Positions 18,923-28,644 of a stretch of DNA of 49,304 bases are shown here, piece by piece (positions within the stretch are counted from its first letter, which is position 1; every line of letters starts with the position of its first letter). Position numbers and translations under genes: made by a program. Under the pieces are notes generated by a model. It did not search any database. It saw only the letters and a program-made list of their open reading frames with translations, and was not told the origin of the DNA. Location of the stretch: assembly GCA_003162335.1 (NCBI GenBank), contig PMMG01000083.1, positions 184-49,487 of the forward strand, in the 5' to 3' direction. The DNA is from Dehalococcoidia bacterium (lineage in GTDB: Bacteria; Chloroflexota; Dehalococcoidia; Dehalococcoidales; Fen-1064).

Positions 18923-19040
18923 AGACCATCACAGGGCGAATTTCGCTGCTTGAAATTTAACCGGTGGGCGAGTAGCATAGGTAAATGGAACTATATTACT
19001 CGAAAAACGAGAAAATAGTTATAAGGAGGGAGTTACTCAC

Positions 19041-19970
19041 ATGCAAACATGGGTTATCGTTGTTATCATAGCCGCTATTCTCCTGGTTATCTGGCTCCTG
19101 ACACAGGCCATTCATACCGTCAGACCGACCAGCCGTGGTCTTATCGAGCGTTTCGGTAAGTATAACCGTTTTGCCAACCCCGGTATTATTTTTCTGATCC
19201 CGTTTATTGAGAAACTGGTAGTCGTCAATATCACCGAGAATATGATCGATGCCGGATTACAGGAAATTATTACCAGCGACAGCCTGAATGCCCAGGTGGA
19301 TGCTCAGGTTTATTTTAAAGTCCGCTCGGATGAAGATAGTGTCAAGGCATCCCAATATAACGTGTACAACTATATGCGGCAGATCGTGGCGCTTGCCAGG
19401 ACTACATTGAGAAATATCATCGGTACGATGACGCTAAAAGACGCCAACAGCGAGCGCGGTAAGATCAACAGCGCGCTGTATAATAACCTGGCCACTGAAA
19501 CCAAGAGCTGGGGTCTGGAAATTGTCCGTACAGAATTGAAAGAAATTAACCCTCCGACCGATGTTCAGGAAACCATGAACAAAGTGGTCAAGGCCAGCAA
19601 CGAAAAAATCGCTGCTATTGACTTTGCCACAGCCCGCGAAACACAGGCGGACGGCGAAAGACGTGCTGCCATCAAAGTTGCTGAAGGGCAAAGACAGGCC
19701 GCCATCTTACAGGCTGAAGGCCAGCGGCAGGCCAAAGTCCTCGTTGCCGACGGTGAAGCCCAGGCCATTAAACTGGTCAACGAATCGGCCGATCTTTACT
19801 TTAAAGGTAATGCTCAATTGCTCCGTCAATTACAGGCAGTAGAAACGTCGCTCACCAATAACTCCAAGATCGTAGTGCCGACCGATTCCTCACTCGTCAA
19901 TGTTATCGGTGGACTCGCCGGCATCGATACACCACGTCCCTCTGCCATCCCTCCCCAGGCAATGAAATAG
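19041..19970 (+). CDS. SPFH/band-7 protein, stomatin/HflC-like.
   Basis: An N-terminal TM helix, an SPFH core (RGLIERFGKY...GIIFLIPFIEK) and a C-terminal Ala/Gln-rich repeat region (AEGQRQAAILQAEGQRQAKVLVADGEAQA). An AAGGAGG RBS is present. Confidence 0.8.
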   Translation: MQTWVIVVIIAAILLVIWLLTQAIHTVRPTSRGLIERFGKYNRFANPGIIFLIPFIEKLVVVNITENMIDAGLQEIITSDSLNAQVDAQVYFKVRSDEDSVKASQYNVYNYMRQIVALARTTLRNIIGTMTLKDANSERGKINSALYNNLATETKSWGLEIVRTELKEINPPTDVQETMNKVVKASNEKIAAIDFATARETQADGERRAAIKVAEGQRQAAILQAEGQRQAKVLVADGEAQAIKLVNESADLYFKGNAQLLRQLQAVETSLTNNSKIVVPTDSSLVNVIGGLAGIDTPRPSAIPPQAMK

Positions 19971-20001
19971 ACTTTAATCACTAAATATAATAAAAATAAA
20001 A

Positions 20002-20031
20002 AGCGAGGGCCTTAGTGCCCTCGCTTTTTAT
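20002..20031 (+). terminator. Rho-independent terminator after the stomatin-like gene.
   Basis: AGCGAGGGC-CTTAGT-GCCCTCGCT followed by TTTTTATT. Confidence 0.75.
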
Positions 20032-20388
20032 TATAGTATTGGGTATATAGGGAGTCCAAGAGGCTGGAACCCGAAGGTACTTTGCGGAGTTATTCGGAGC
20101 AAATGTATAGGATCATTTCGAAGTAAAGTATAAGAGTAATTCGGAGTCAACGAAGGCATTAAGCCCTTCTTAAGTAAAAAATTGCCTTATTCTTGCCAGA
20201 GAGGGGCGAGGAGTGAGTCGCTTAGATTATGATTGGGTTCGAGTAAATATCCATAGACTGATAATTTATTATCTTGTTGAAAGTATTAGTTTCTTCAAAC
20301 TCGATCATTGAATTCAAAACTGAAAACTGATAGCTGACTGCTCTACAATCATTGACCCTGCTGCCTTCCCCAAGCTATTATTGGACTT

Positions 20389-21267
20389 ATGCTTGGTGTA
20401 ATTATTGCCCTTACCGCTTCCCTGGCCTGGGCCGGCAGCAGTATTTTTGTTAAATACCTGTCTTCCCGCATTGATTCCCTTTCCATTAATACCATGCGGT
20501 TGTGGACTGGCGCACTGGTACTGATTTCGATTGTTTTTCTTACCGGTAGAGGCGCCGATATCCTGCATACTCCGATCGTACCGCTGATCTTTGTTATTCT
20601 GTCAGGGATATCATCCAATGCCATCGGAGATACTATTTACATCCAGAGCCTCTTGTATCTTGATGTTTCCGTCGCCTATCCAATTTCCCAGTCTGCTTTT
20701 CCTGTATTGACGCTGCTCACCGCCATTTTCTTCCTCAACGAGACTTTTACCTGGTTTAACATCCTGGGCGCGGTGTGCGTGATCGCCGGTATTCTGATTA
20801 TCGTCAGGAACAATAAAACAAAAGTGACGAAAAAAACTACCACCAAAGGCGTCATTTTGTCACTCGTCGCAGCGGTGCTCTGGACAGTCGGTTCGGTCAC
20901 ATTGAAAATCGGACTTAATCAGGTGGATACTATTTTAGCAGCCGCTATCCGTGTTACTACCTCGGCTTTAATTCTCACTGGTGTTACATTGGTCAGCAAT
21001 ACACCGAACAAGTTACGGTTGAAAACCTACGGCACGCGTAATTTAATATTTGTTGCTTGCGCGGGCGTTCTGACTTATACCATCGGCGCCTTGGGCTATG
21101 TCACCGCGATTCATCTTATCGGCGCCGGTAAAACAGTGCTGCTCTCCGCTTCCGCGCCTGTCTTTGTATTGCCGTTGTCGGTGTTTATTCTCAAAGAACG
21201 CCTTTCCCCACTGGCGCTCACCGGGGTTTTTATCGCGGTCGCTGGAATCTGTCTCGTTGCTTTGTGA
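20389..21267 (+). CDS. EamA/DMT-family transporter.
   Basis: Ten predicted TM helices arranged as two EamA-like repeats. No clear SD, so the start is uncertain. Confidence 0.7.
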   Translation: MLGVIIALTASLAWAGSSIFVKYLSSRIDSLSINTMRLWTGALVLISIVFLTGRGADILHTPIVPLIFVILSGISSNAIGDTIYIQSLLYLDVSVAYPISQSAFPVLTLLTAIFFLNETFTWFNILGAVCVIAGILIIVRNNKTKVTKKTTTKGVILSLVAAVLWTVGSVTLKIGLNQVDTILAAAIRVTTSALILTGVTLVSNTPNKLRLKTYGTRNLIFVACAGVLTYTIGALGYVTAIHLIGAGKTVLLSASAPVFVLPLSVFILKERLSPLALTGVFIAVAGICLVAL

Positions 21268-21398
21268 AATCAAATTTAGTAATATATTCCTTCAAAATTC
21301 AGCCGGATATGCTATGTTAGATATATAAAGCGGTAGTTAACAGTTACCCTGGATAGTATTGTGGCATCATTAATAAAGCCAGCATAAAAGGAGTTAAC

Positions 21399-22625
21399 AT
21401 GAAATCTTTACGCACCCTCGGATTAATTGTCCTTGCCTTGTTGCTCTTTATCGGGGGAATCGGAACTGGTGTTTTTATCGATAAGCAAAATGCCAAACCA
21501 AACCCCAATACGGTTACGGTTCAACCCGGTACGGCGGCTGATTTCCAGCTTATGAATGAGGCCTGGGGTTTGATTAAAAGTAATTATGTTGATCAGTCTG
21601 CAGTGAAACCAACCAATCTGACCTACGGCGCGATCGGCGGTATGGTAGATGCGTTGGGAGACACCGGGCACAGCACATTTCTTTCCCCGACAGAAGTACA
21701 GCAGGCCAATGACTCCAATCAGGGACAGTTGCAGGGCGTTGGATTACAGGTGCAGGCAAAAAATGGCAATGTTGTAGTTGTTGCCCCTATAGACGGCTCT
21801 CCGGCACAAAAGGCCGGAATTGTTTCCGGTGATATTATCACGCAAGTTGACGGTAAACCGGTTACTGATGTTGTTACAGCTGTTACATTAATTCGCGGCA
21901 CTGCGGGCACATCGGTAACTCTTACCATTCTGGATGCTGCCGGCAACACCAAAACTGTCCCGCTCGTCCGGGCTGTTATCAACCTGGTCAATGTCGCCTG
22001 GAATATGTTACCCGGTACGACGATTGCCCATCTCAGACTGGCTAGTTTCGCCGCGAATGTAACCGGCGAACTGGATACCGCATTGTCAGCAATCAAGGCA
22101 CAAGGCGCTACCGGCATTATCCTGGACCTGCGCGACAATCCCGGCGGTCTTCTCGACCAGGCTGTTGCGGTCACCAGCCGCTTCATCAGCAAAGGCAATG
22201 TGATCCAGGAAAAAGACATAAACGGAAAAATAACAACCATTCCGGTTTTAAAGGGCATTCCCGTCACGAATACGTCGATGGTCATCCTTGTTAATCAGGG
22301 AACAGCTTCTGCGGCCGAGATTGTTGTCGGAGCTTTGGAGGATGCGGGACGCGCCAGGAGCATCGGTGAGACAACTTTTGGTACCGGCACTGTGCTGGTG
22401 CAATTCCCCCTTAGCGACCACTCTGCGCTGGTTCTGGCGATTCAGGAATGGCTTACTCCGTCCGGTAAGACGATATGGCATACGGGGTTGACCCCGGATA
22501 CGGTCGTCGCTCTGCCGACCGGTGTGACTCCCTTATTCCCGCAAGCCGAAAAAGGAATGACACAAGCGCAAATCCAATCCAGCGGCGACCCACAGCTGCT
22601 GGCCGCGCTCAAAGCCTTCCCATAG
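21399..22625 (+). CDS. S41 family C-terminal processing peptidase.
   Basis: A PDZ segment (PIDGSPAQKAGIVSGDIITQVDGKPV) followed by an S41 core (ILDLRDNPGG...VNQGTASAAEIV). A signal/TM anchor and an AAGGAG RBS are present. Confidence 0.8.
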   Translation: MKSLRTLGLIVLALLLFIGGIGTGVFIDKQNAKPNPNTVTVQPGTAADFQLMNEAWGLIKSNYVDQSAVKPTNLTYGAIGGMVDALGDTGHSTFLSPTEVQQANDSNQGQLQGVGLQVQAKNGNVVVVAPIDGSPAQKAGIVSGDIITQVDGKPVTDVVTAVTLIRGTAGTSVTLTILDAAGNTKTVPLVRAVINLVNVAWNMLPGTTIAHLRLASFAANVTGELDTALSAIKAQGATGIILDLRDNPGGLLDQAVAVTSRFISKGNVIQEKDINGKITTIPVLKGIPVTNTSMVILVNQGTASAAEIVVGALEDAGRARSIGETTFGTGTVLVQFPLSDHSALVLAIQEWLTPSGKTIWHTGLTPDTVVALPTGVTPLFPQAEKGMTQAQIQSSGDPQLLAALKAFP

Positions 22626-22649
22626 TCAATAATCGTTAGTTTAGGTCTA

Positions 22650-22868
22650 ATAGTAATTTAAATAATGACATAATAGGCATGGTCAAAAATCGGCGCTTCC
22701 GCGCTGTAGATGGCTGAGCGCTTTGATGCTTTCGCCGGGCTTAAATTTGTCCAGGCCGATCAGCAGGTGTTTAGACAGTTGTCTCCCGACTCTGCCGTAA
22801 GTGGCGGCCTCGCTGGCGACAGTCAAAAAACACGGAGCCCTGCATGCCGTGGTGGCCTTCGGCATCAA
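22650..22868 (-). pseudogene. Frameshifted, truncated remnant of a cupin gene, paralogous to 22946..23449.
   Basis: A 16-nt tract, CATAATAGGCATGGTC, is shared with the intact cupin. One frame encodes ...LIGLDKFKPGESIKALSHLQ and the +1 frame encodes PIFDHAYYVII*; together these match cupin residues MMGLGTFNPGGGIEEHYHVY...PIFDHAYYVISG. Confidence 0.45.
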
Positions 22869-22945
22869 CTTTATGCTATAACCGTCATGATGTTCAATAT
22901 CTTTGATCGATAATATATAATCTTTTCCGGCTTCTTCCGTGTTTT

Positions 22946-23449
22946 TTACTTCTTCGCGGTACGTTTTTTCACTTCTACTTTTTCATGCGCCGGTCCGTTT
23001 GGTTTCCAGGTTGTCCAGACCGCATCGCCCATCTTGGCAGCTTCGTTACAGGCGCTGACGCGTAGCACTTTGGCCTGGGTTTTGCCGACGTTGGTGATGG
23101 AATGTTTGATGTTCGAAGGACAATAAAGCAGGCTGTCGTGCCCGACGATCCTGACCGTATCGCCGATGACTGCCTTGATCTTGCCGGATATCACATAATA
23201 GGCATGGTCGAAGATCGGCACATCGTCGGCGTAGACATGGTAATGTTCTTCAATGCCGCCCCCGGGATTAAAGGTGCCTAAACCCATCATTATGTGGATG
23301 GCATTTTCTTTATCGGTCAGCTTGCCTTTATGCGTGGTCGGGTTAAGGAAGCTGTTAACATGTCCGTTATAATGATTCGTGTTCATGCCGTACTCATGTG
23401 TTTCCAATTCATTAATTGATACAACAAATCCCTTCCCGTAGTCTGCCAT
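22946..23449 (-). CDS. Cupin-domain protein.
   Basis: Cupin motif 1 is G(X)5HYH (GGIEEHYHVYADD). Motif 2 lies in VISGKIKAVIGD...GHDSLLYCPSNIKH. Confidence 0.65.
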   Translation of the reverse strand: MADYGKGFVVSINELETHEYGMNTNHYNGHVNSFLNPTTHKGKLTDKENAIHIMMGLGTFNPGGGIEEHYHVYADDVPIFDHAYYVISGKIKAVIGDTVRIVGHDSLLYCPSNIKHSITNVGKTQAKVLRVSACNEAAKMGDAVWTTWKPNGPAHEKVEVKKRTAKK

Positions 23450-23517
23450 TTTTCACTCCTGCTTCTGATTATTTAAGTATTACAGACGATTATAATTGAA
23501 TCTCCAGTCAAAATCTA

Positions 23518-24399
23518 TTACGGGACGTATTTTTCTTCCAGGTCGTGCCAGAATTTATGTCCCCTGAGTTTGTCCGAAATCTCCCTGCCCTGTGTTCCCT
23601 GGCGGGCATTCGGGCCGCAGTCATAGAGTTCCTGGTATATAGTAAATAAAGTTTCTTTCACCGCGCCTGATGGTGAGGCATCCGGCATGCACATTTTCGC
23701 GCCGATATCCTCGTAATCTTGAATTGAAAAGCCGTCTCCCATGCCCCAGATCCAGACATCCGGCGCGCCGATCTGTTTAAAAAGTTTACTCAGGGTCTCT
23801 TTGTCCCTGCGTCCGTATTTAGACTCCGGCGGACGCTGGTGCGGCACGATCACATCCACGCCCAGTTTGACGAGCGCTTTAGCCCGCGCGACTACTTCTT
23901 CATCGCCCATCAACGCTCCGGCATCGATTCTGGCAAAGATCAGAAAATCTTTATCCATACCGTTTCGTGCTTCGATAATGGCGCCCATCTTGCCCAGATA
24001 TTCCGCGCGCGGCAGCACTTCCAGCATGTTGTGCGGAACTCTGGCCGGGATGACCGGCTTGCGGTCGCTGAGATACATTGCGGCAGCGCCGGCCCGGATC
24101 AACTCCTCCGCGGTGCGAAAGGCGCCTAATGCTCCGCCGAATCCGTCATCGACATTGACGATAAGCGGTACATTGACCGAATTCGCGATACATTTGGCCC
24201 AATAAACTACTTCGGTAGAGGTGGCCAGGCCGATTCCCGGTAAACCAAGTTGCGCGTCACTGGCAGCGCTGACGGCCATGAACAGCGCTTTAAATCCCAC
24301 TGTTTCGGCGATGCGGGCAGACATGGCGTCATATACCACCGGCAAACTGACAAAGCCGGGCTTTTTTAACAGATTACGAAGCATGGTTGTTTTTTTCAT
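23518..24399 (-). CDS. Isocitrate lyase/PEP mutase superfamily protein with a non-canonical active-site loop.
   Basis: The fold-level pattern resembles methylisocitrate lyase (PrpB). However, the loop that is IEDQ...KRCGH in PrpB reads LSDRKPVIPARVPHN here. Confidence 0.65.
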   Translation of the reverse strand: MKKTTMLRNLLKKPGFVSLPVVYDAMSARIAETVGFKALFMAVSAASDAQLGLPGIGLATSTEVVYWAKCIANSVNVPLIVNVDDGFGGALGAFRTAEELIRAGAAAMYLSDRKPVIPARVPHNMLEVLPRAEYLGKMGAIIEARNGMDKDFLIFARIDAGALMGDEEVVARAKALVKLGVDVIVPHQRPPESKYGRRDKETLSKLFKQIGAPDVWIWGMGDGFSIQDYEDIGAKMCMPDASPSGAVKETLFTIYQELYDCGPNARQGTQGREISDKLRGHKFWHDLEEKYVP

Positions 24400-24455
24400 G
24401 TATTCCTCTTTGTTTGATATTTATTTTGGCATGGTTGTTAACAAAAATATATTCG

Positions 24456-24485
24456 GAAGAGTTAAGGCGCAGTCCTTAACCCTTC
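24456..24485 (-). terminator. Possible terminator hairpin downstream of the SBP gene.
   Basis: GAAGAGTTAAGG-CGCAGT-CCTTAACCCTTC, followed on the minus strand by CGAAUAUAUUUUUGU. Confidence 0.35.
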
Positions 24486-24529
24486 CGATGAATAACCTTT
24501 TAACAATCGGTTGCTTTTTCGTTATGTCG

Positions 24530-26395
24530 CTAATGCCCTGATGCTTTCTTGACACCCTGGTCTACCCAATACCTGGCTTCATAAAAGCTTAAATTGACCG
24601 GAGTGGAGCCGGTCGATTGGGCTTGAGCGTTAAAGCCTTTTACCCATGGTTGGCAGAGGCTCCAGGTATTTACGGTCAGCAGGGATACCGTGAGATGCTG
24701 GCGGGCGATATATTCGTTGGCATTTTCCAGTGTTTTTGCCAGATCATCCGGATTAGTTGCTGCCAGACCTGTGTTGTAATACCCGTCAATGGTCGGGTCG
24801 CTCACGCCAATATAATTATAAACAACTCCTGTCCTGAAGCGATTCAACTGCGCGACGGCGGTTTGGGTTTGTCCCAGTGTCCCGGTAGTGCGTTGTGCCA
24901 GCGCATCCTGCTTATGGTTGGTCATCACAAAAGATGCCCAGGAACTGGTATCCATCGGTCTGATTTCCATATCTACGCCAATCGCTAAGAAATATGACTT
25001 GATTGCCTGTAATAAATCCTGGTCGGCAGCGCTGTCGACGACAATGTCAGTCTTAAAACCACTTGGGAAACCGGCATCGGCCAGCAGCTTTTTAGCGGCG
25101 GTCGGGTTATATGTATAGGTATCTTTTAAATCCTGCGGCCAGGCCGAGTAGGGGAATCCCCCGCCGTTCTGATAAATCGAAGTCAGAGAAGAAGGAGACG
25201 GACTAACAAGGTTATTGTAGTAATTGGCTGCTAAGCCCGGCAGGTCGATTGCCATCTGCAATGCCTCGCGTACTCTGATATCTTTGTACGGCGCCATATC
25301 GTTGCGCGGATCGATGGTAGTGGCGGAGTTTGCCGGGACAGGTACCTGTAATATTGCCGGATTTGATTTCTGCACCAGTAGCGCTGTGGCGGAAGTAACT
25401 GAATCGATTAAGTCAATTTTACCGGTGCGTACGGCTGCTAAAGCTGTTGCATTGTCCGGAATTACCAGAATCTTCAGGGAATCGGCGTAGGGGAGTTTAT
25501 TCTGGGGATAACGCTCGTCATAACCCCAGTATGCCGGGTTCTTTACCATTGTTGCCGAACCGCTGGAGACCACGTCAGTCAAAATGAAGGGGCCGGTACC
25601 GATGGCATGGTGCCAGTCATTGGCGTCGCCCCATTGATTCACCACATCGGATGCTTCAATACACTGAGTGGAGCTGACTCCCTGGATGGTAATCAGGTTT
25701 TGTGCAGCGTTCGCCACATTGAATTTGAAAACGACGGTATATTTATCCGTGGATGCCACTGATGTCATGGTTGTACTGGCCACATACGGGCTGGGTTTAG
25801 TAAAACCGGCGCCGATGCCGTAAAGGCGTCCATAATGGTACACCACGTCAGTGGCGGTCAACTCGCGGCCGTTAACCGGCGCGATGTTCTGCCAGTGGAT
25901 GCCCTGACGGATGTGGACGACCAGAGTGCTCTGGTCGGAAAATTCCCAACTTTCGGCCAGACGGCCTTTGACAAATTTGGGGTCCAGGATCGTTAGTTTA
26001 TAGTCAAATACGGCCGGGTCTAATGTCCAATCAGGTTCGAACAGTGTCTCCATCCAGCCACCCATAATGTTGGCCAGCTGTGAAGCGAAATACGGGTCAA
26101 AATTCGTAATGTTGCTGGTAGTGCGAAGTGAGATTTCGCCACCGTACTGGGGCGTGCCTAGCTTGTCCCACCAGTTGCCGGTAGCCGAAGTGGGGGTCGT
26201 GGCTGGTTTGGTGGTGGAGGTTGTGACAGATGCAGATGTCGTTTTCGAGGTTGTCGTGACAACCGGCGCAGAAGACGTCGTGGTTGTTGTTGTCGACGTC
26301 GTCGTGCATGATGCCAAAATCACAGAGGTCACGATCAAACACGTGAGTATAATCCAGATTAGTCCTCTTTTCATTATTCTCCTTAATGTTGTCAT
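24530..26395 (-). CDS. ABC transporter substrate-binding lipoprotein, family 5 (peptide/nickel/opine type).
   Basis: A signal peptide plus lipobox (VILASC), a poly-Thr linker, and an SBP_bac_5-like body (PNYWGYDERYPQNKLPYAD...). Confidence 0.8.
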   Translation of the reverse strand: MTTLRRIMKRGLIWIILTCLIVTSVILASCTTTSTTTTTTSSAPVVTTTSKTTSASVTTSTTKPATTPTSATGNWWDKLGTPQYGGEISLRTTSNITNFDPYFASQLANIMGGWMETLFEPDWTLDPAVFDYKLTILDPKFVKGRLAESWEFSDQSTLVVHIRQGIHWQNIAPVNGRELTATDVVYHYGRLYGIGAGFTKPSPYVASTTMTSVASTDKYTVVFKFNVANAAQNLITIQGVSSTQCIEASDVVNQWGDANDWHHAIGTGPFILTDVVSSGSATMVKNPAYWGYDERYPQNKLPYADSLKILVIPDNATALAAVRTGKIDLIDSVTSATALLVQKSNPAILQVPVPANSATTIDPRNDMAPYKDIRVREALQMAIDLPGLAANYYNNLVSPSPSSLTSIYQNGGGFPYSAWPQDLKDTYTYNPTAAKKLLADAGFPSGFKTDIVVDSAADQDLLQAIKSYFLAIGVDMEIRPMDTSSWASFVMTNHKQDALAQRTTGTLGQTQTAVAQLNRFRTGVVYNYIGVSDPTIDGYYNTGLAATNPDDLAKTLENANEYIARQHLTVSLLTVNTWSLCQPWVKGFNAQAQSTGSTPVNLSFYEARYWVDQGVKKASGH

Positions 26396-26418
26396 ATGTT
26401 GTCCGGTATTAATGAACT

Positions 26419-28287
26419 TTAATGCCCCATGGACTTTTTCAGGTTCTGGTCTACCCAGAAACTGGCCTCATAAGTGTAGGCATAAAACGGACCGTTGCTG
26501 CCGGCGGTGGCGCCATATTGCCCGTTGAAGCCTTTAAGCCAGGGCTGCCCGATGTAGAAAATGGTCGGCTGCAGCAGGCTGATGGCAAAATGATGCTGAA
26601 CGACATATTTATTGGCGTCGGTGACGATGGTTTTAACTTCATCGGTGGAAGTGGCGGCCAGCGCATTGTTATAGAAAGCGTCAACGGCAGGGTCACTGAC
26701 CACACATACGTTCTGTGATGAATTTGTAAAGAACTTGGTCAGTTGCCGGATGGGGTAGAACGTCACTCCGAGCGAGCCGGTCGTGCGGTAGGCGAATGCG
26801 TCGTTCTTGTGGCCGCTGGTAACAAACGCGGTAAATGCGGTGTGAGTCATAACGTTGATCGTCATGTCAACACCAACCTTGGCGAAGTAGGATTGGACCA
26901 CCTGCAGCAGGTCTAGATCCGCGAGGTTATCTGCGGCGCAGTTAGTCTTGAAGCCAGACGGGAAACCGGCAGCGGCCAGTAACTGTTTCGCCCCGGTCGG
27001 ATTGTAGGCGTACTCGTCTTTGAGAGATTGCGGCCATTGACTGTACGGGAATCCCCACCCTTTGAGGTAGTTCGAGGTCAATGGCAGCGGAGACGGATCG
27101 GCGCTGCCGACATAATAAGTTTGCGCGAGCTCCGGCAGGTTGAGCGACATTTGTAATGCCTGCCGCACTCTGACGTCATTGAAAGGCGCCTTGTCATTGC
27201 GTGGGTCTAGTGTCAAACCGTTGCCCAGCGGGACGGGTATCTGATTTATTTCGGGATTTGTTTTTTTCATTGCCTGCGAATCCGGCAAAGAAAGCGAGTC
27301 CATCAGGTCGATTTTACCGGTGCGCACTCCTGCCAGCGCAGTGGAGTTGTCAGGAATGATCAGGCAATTCATATTGTCGGCGTATGGTAATTTGTTCTGA
27401 GGATACCGGTCGTCGTATCCCCAGTAATTGGGGTTTTTCACCATGGTTGCGGAACTACCGGAAATATAATCTTTCAAAATAAACGGGCCGGTGCCGATAG
27501 AATGATGCCAGTCGCTGAGATCTGTCCATTGTTTGACGGCGTCAGGACACTCGATAGTGCAATCGCAACCGGGAGCCTGCATGTTCTGTAAGATAAACTC
27601 CGGGTTGGCGGCGGAGAATTTCATGGCGACAGTATATTTATCGGTGGCGGTGACAGACGTCAGGTAATTAAGCCAGAGGTCAGTTTTAAAATAGGCATTG
27701 GGAGCAGTATAACCGCTGCCCAGTCCGTTCATCCGGTTAAAATGAAATACGACATCATCGGCGACAAATTCGCGTCCGTTGGCCGGCGGGATGTCCTGCC
27801 AGTGAATGCCCTGGCGTAAATGGAGGATGAGGGTGGCAGGGACGGTAAACTCCCAGCTCGTTAACAGGTTCCCTTTCGTATATTCCCCGGATACGTAGCT
27901 CAACTGGAAGTTTTGTACCGCCGGGTCTACTTTCCAGTCCGGTTTGAACAGTCCTTCCATCCATATCCAATATAAGGCCATTGATGCGGTGCCCTGGTTG
28001 GGGTCAAAGAACAGGGGATCGGTGGAGACGCTAATGCTGATTTCCCCGCCGTACTGGGGCTTGCCGAGCGAGTCCCACCAGTTACCGGCAGTAGTGGCGC
28101 TGGTGGTAGCGGTCGGTTTGGTGGTGGACGTGGTTACCGGTGCAGCCGTCGACGTCGAGGTGGTGGTGACAGCCGGTTTAACGGATGTGGTAGTCACTTG
28201 CGAAGTTGTCGATGTCGTGCAAGATGCCAGAATCAGAGATGCCAGGATCAAACAAGTGAGTGCAATCCAGATTATTCCTTTTTTCAT
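26419..28287 (-). CDS. ABC transporter substrate-binding lipoprotein, family 5; tandem paralog of the preceding gene.
   Basis: Colinear with 24530..26395 (for example GIHWQ, NPNYWGYDDRYPQNKLPYAD, FPSGFKT). Confidence 0.8.
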   Translation of the reverse strand: MKKGIIWIALTCLILASLILASCTTSTTSQVTTTSVKPAVTTTSTSTAAPVTTSTTKPTATTSATTAGNWWDSLGKPQYGGEISISVSTDPLFFDPNQGTASMALYWIWMEGLFKPDWKVDPAVQNFQLSYVSGEYTKGNLLTSWEFTVPATLILHLRQGIHWQDIPPANGREFVADDVVFHFNRMNGLGSGYTAPNAYFKTDLWLNYLTSVTATDKYTVAMKFSAANPEFILQNMQAPGCDCTIECPDAVKQWTDLSDWHHSIGTGPFILKDYISGSSATMVKNPNYWGYDDRYPQNKLPYADNMNCLIIPDNSTALAGVRTGKIDLMDSLSLPDSQAMKKTNPEINQIPVPLGNGLTLDPRNDKAPFNDVRVRQALQMSLNLPELAQTYYVGSADPSPLPLTSNYLKGWGFPYSQWPQSLKDEYAYNPTGAKQLLAAAGFPSGFKTNCAADNLADLDLLQVVQSYFAKVGVDMTINVMTHTAFTAFVTSGHKNDAFAYRTTGSLGVTFYPIRQLTKFFTNSSQNVCVVSDPAVDAFYNNALAATSTDEVKTIVTDANKYVVQHHFAISLLQPTIFYIGQPWLKGFNGQYGATAGSNGPFYAYTYEASFWVDQNLKKSMGH

Positions 28288-28644
28288 TTCAATCTCCTTT
28301 ATTATTCGGGGAATGTTGGAATCTTTAATAAAGTCACATGGCGTAAATATCCGGATAATCGTTTCTTATCCGATATTTCATCCTATAGGAATTCTTAATA
28401 GATTTCTTAATAGAAATCCGAGAGTACCATGCAGTATATCATCGGTTTTTAAGTTTGTCAAACAAAAGTCGGGAGTGAATAGTAAGACTGCTTTATATGT
28501 AACCGGCTGAACAGCCAATAATCAAGGAAAATACGAAATCCCCGAAGGTATCGAAATACCAAATAAATTCCAAATTTAAACGCAAAATAATCGACACACA
28601 TTATCTGTCGATTGACTTTCGGGGCGTAACGAATGGGGGCTGCG

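Noticed and set aside
26100-26340. Apparent nucleotide repeats (GTCGTC/GTTGTT runs) suggestive of a tandem repeat or CRISPR-like array.
   Set aside because: They are the antisense of poly-Thr/Ser linker codons in the SBP lipoproteins (the same holds at 28100-28260). There is no spacer/repeat periodicity.
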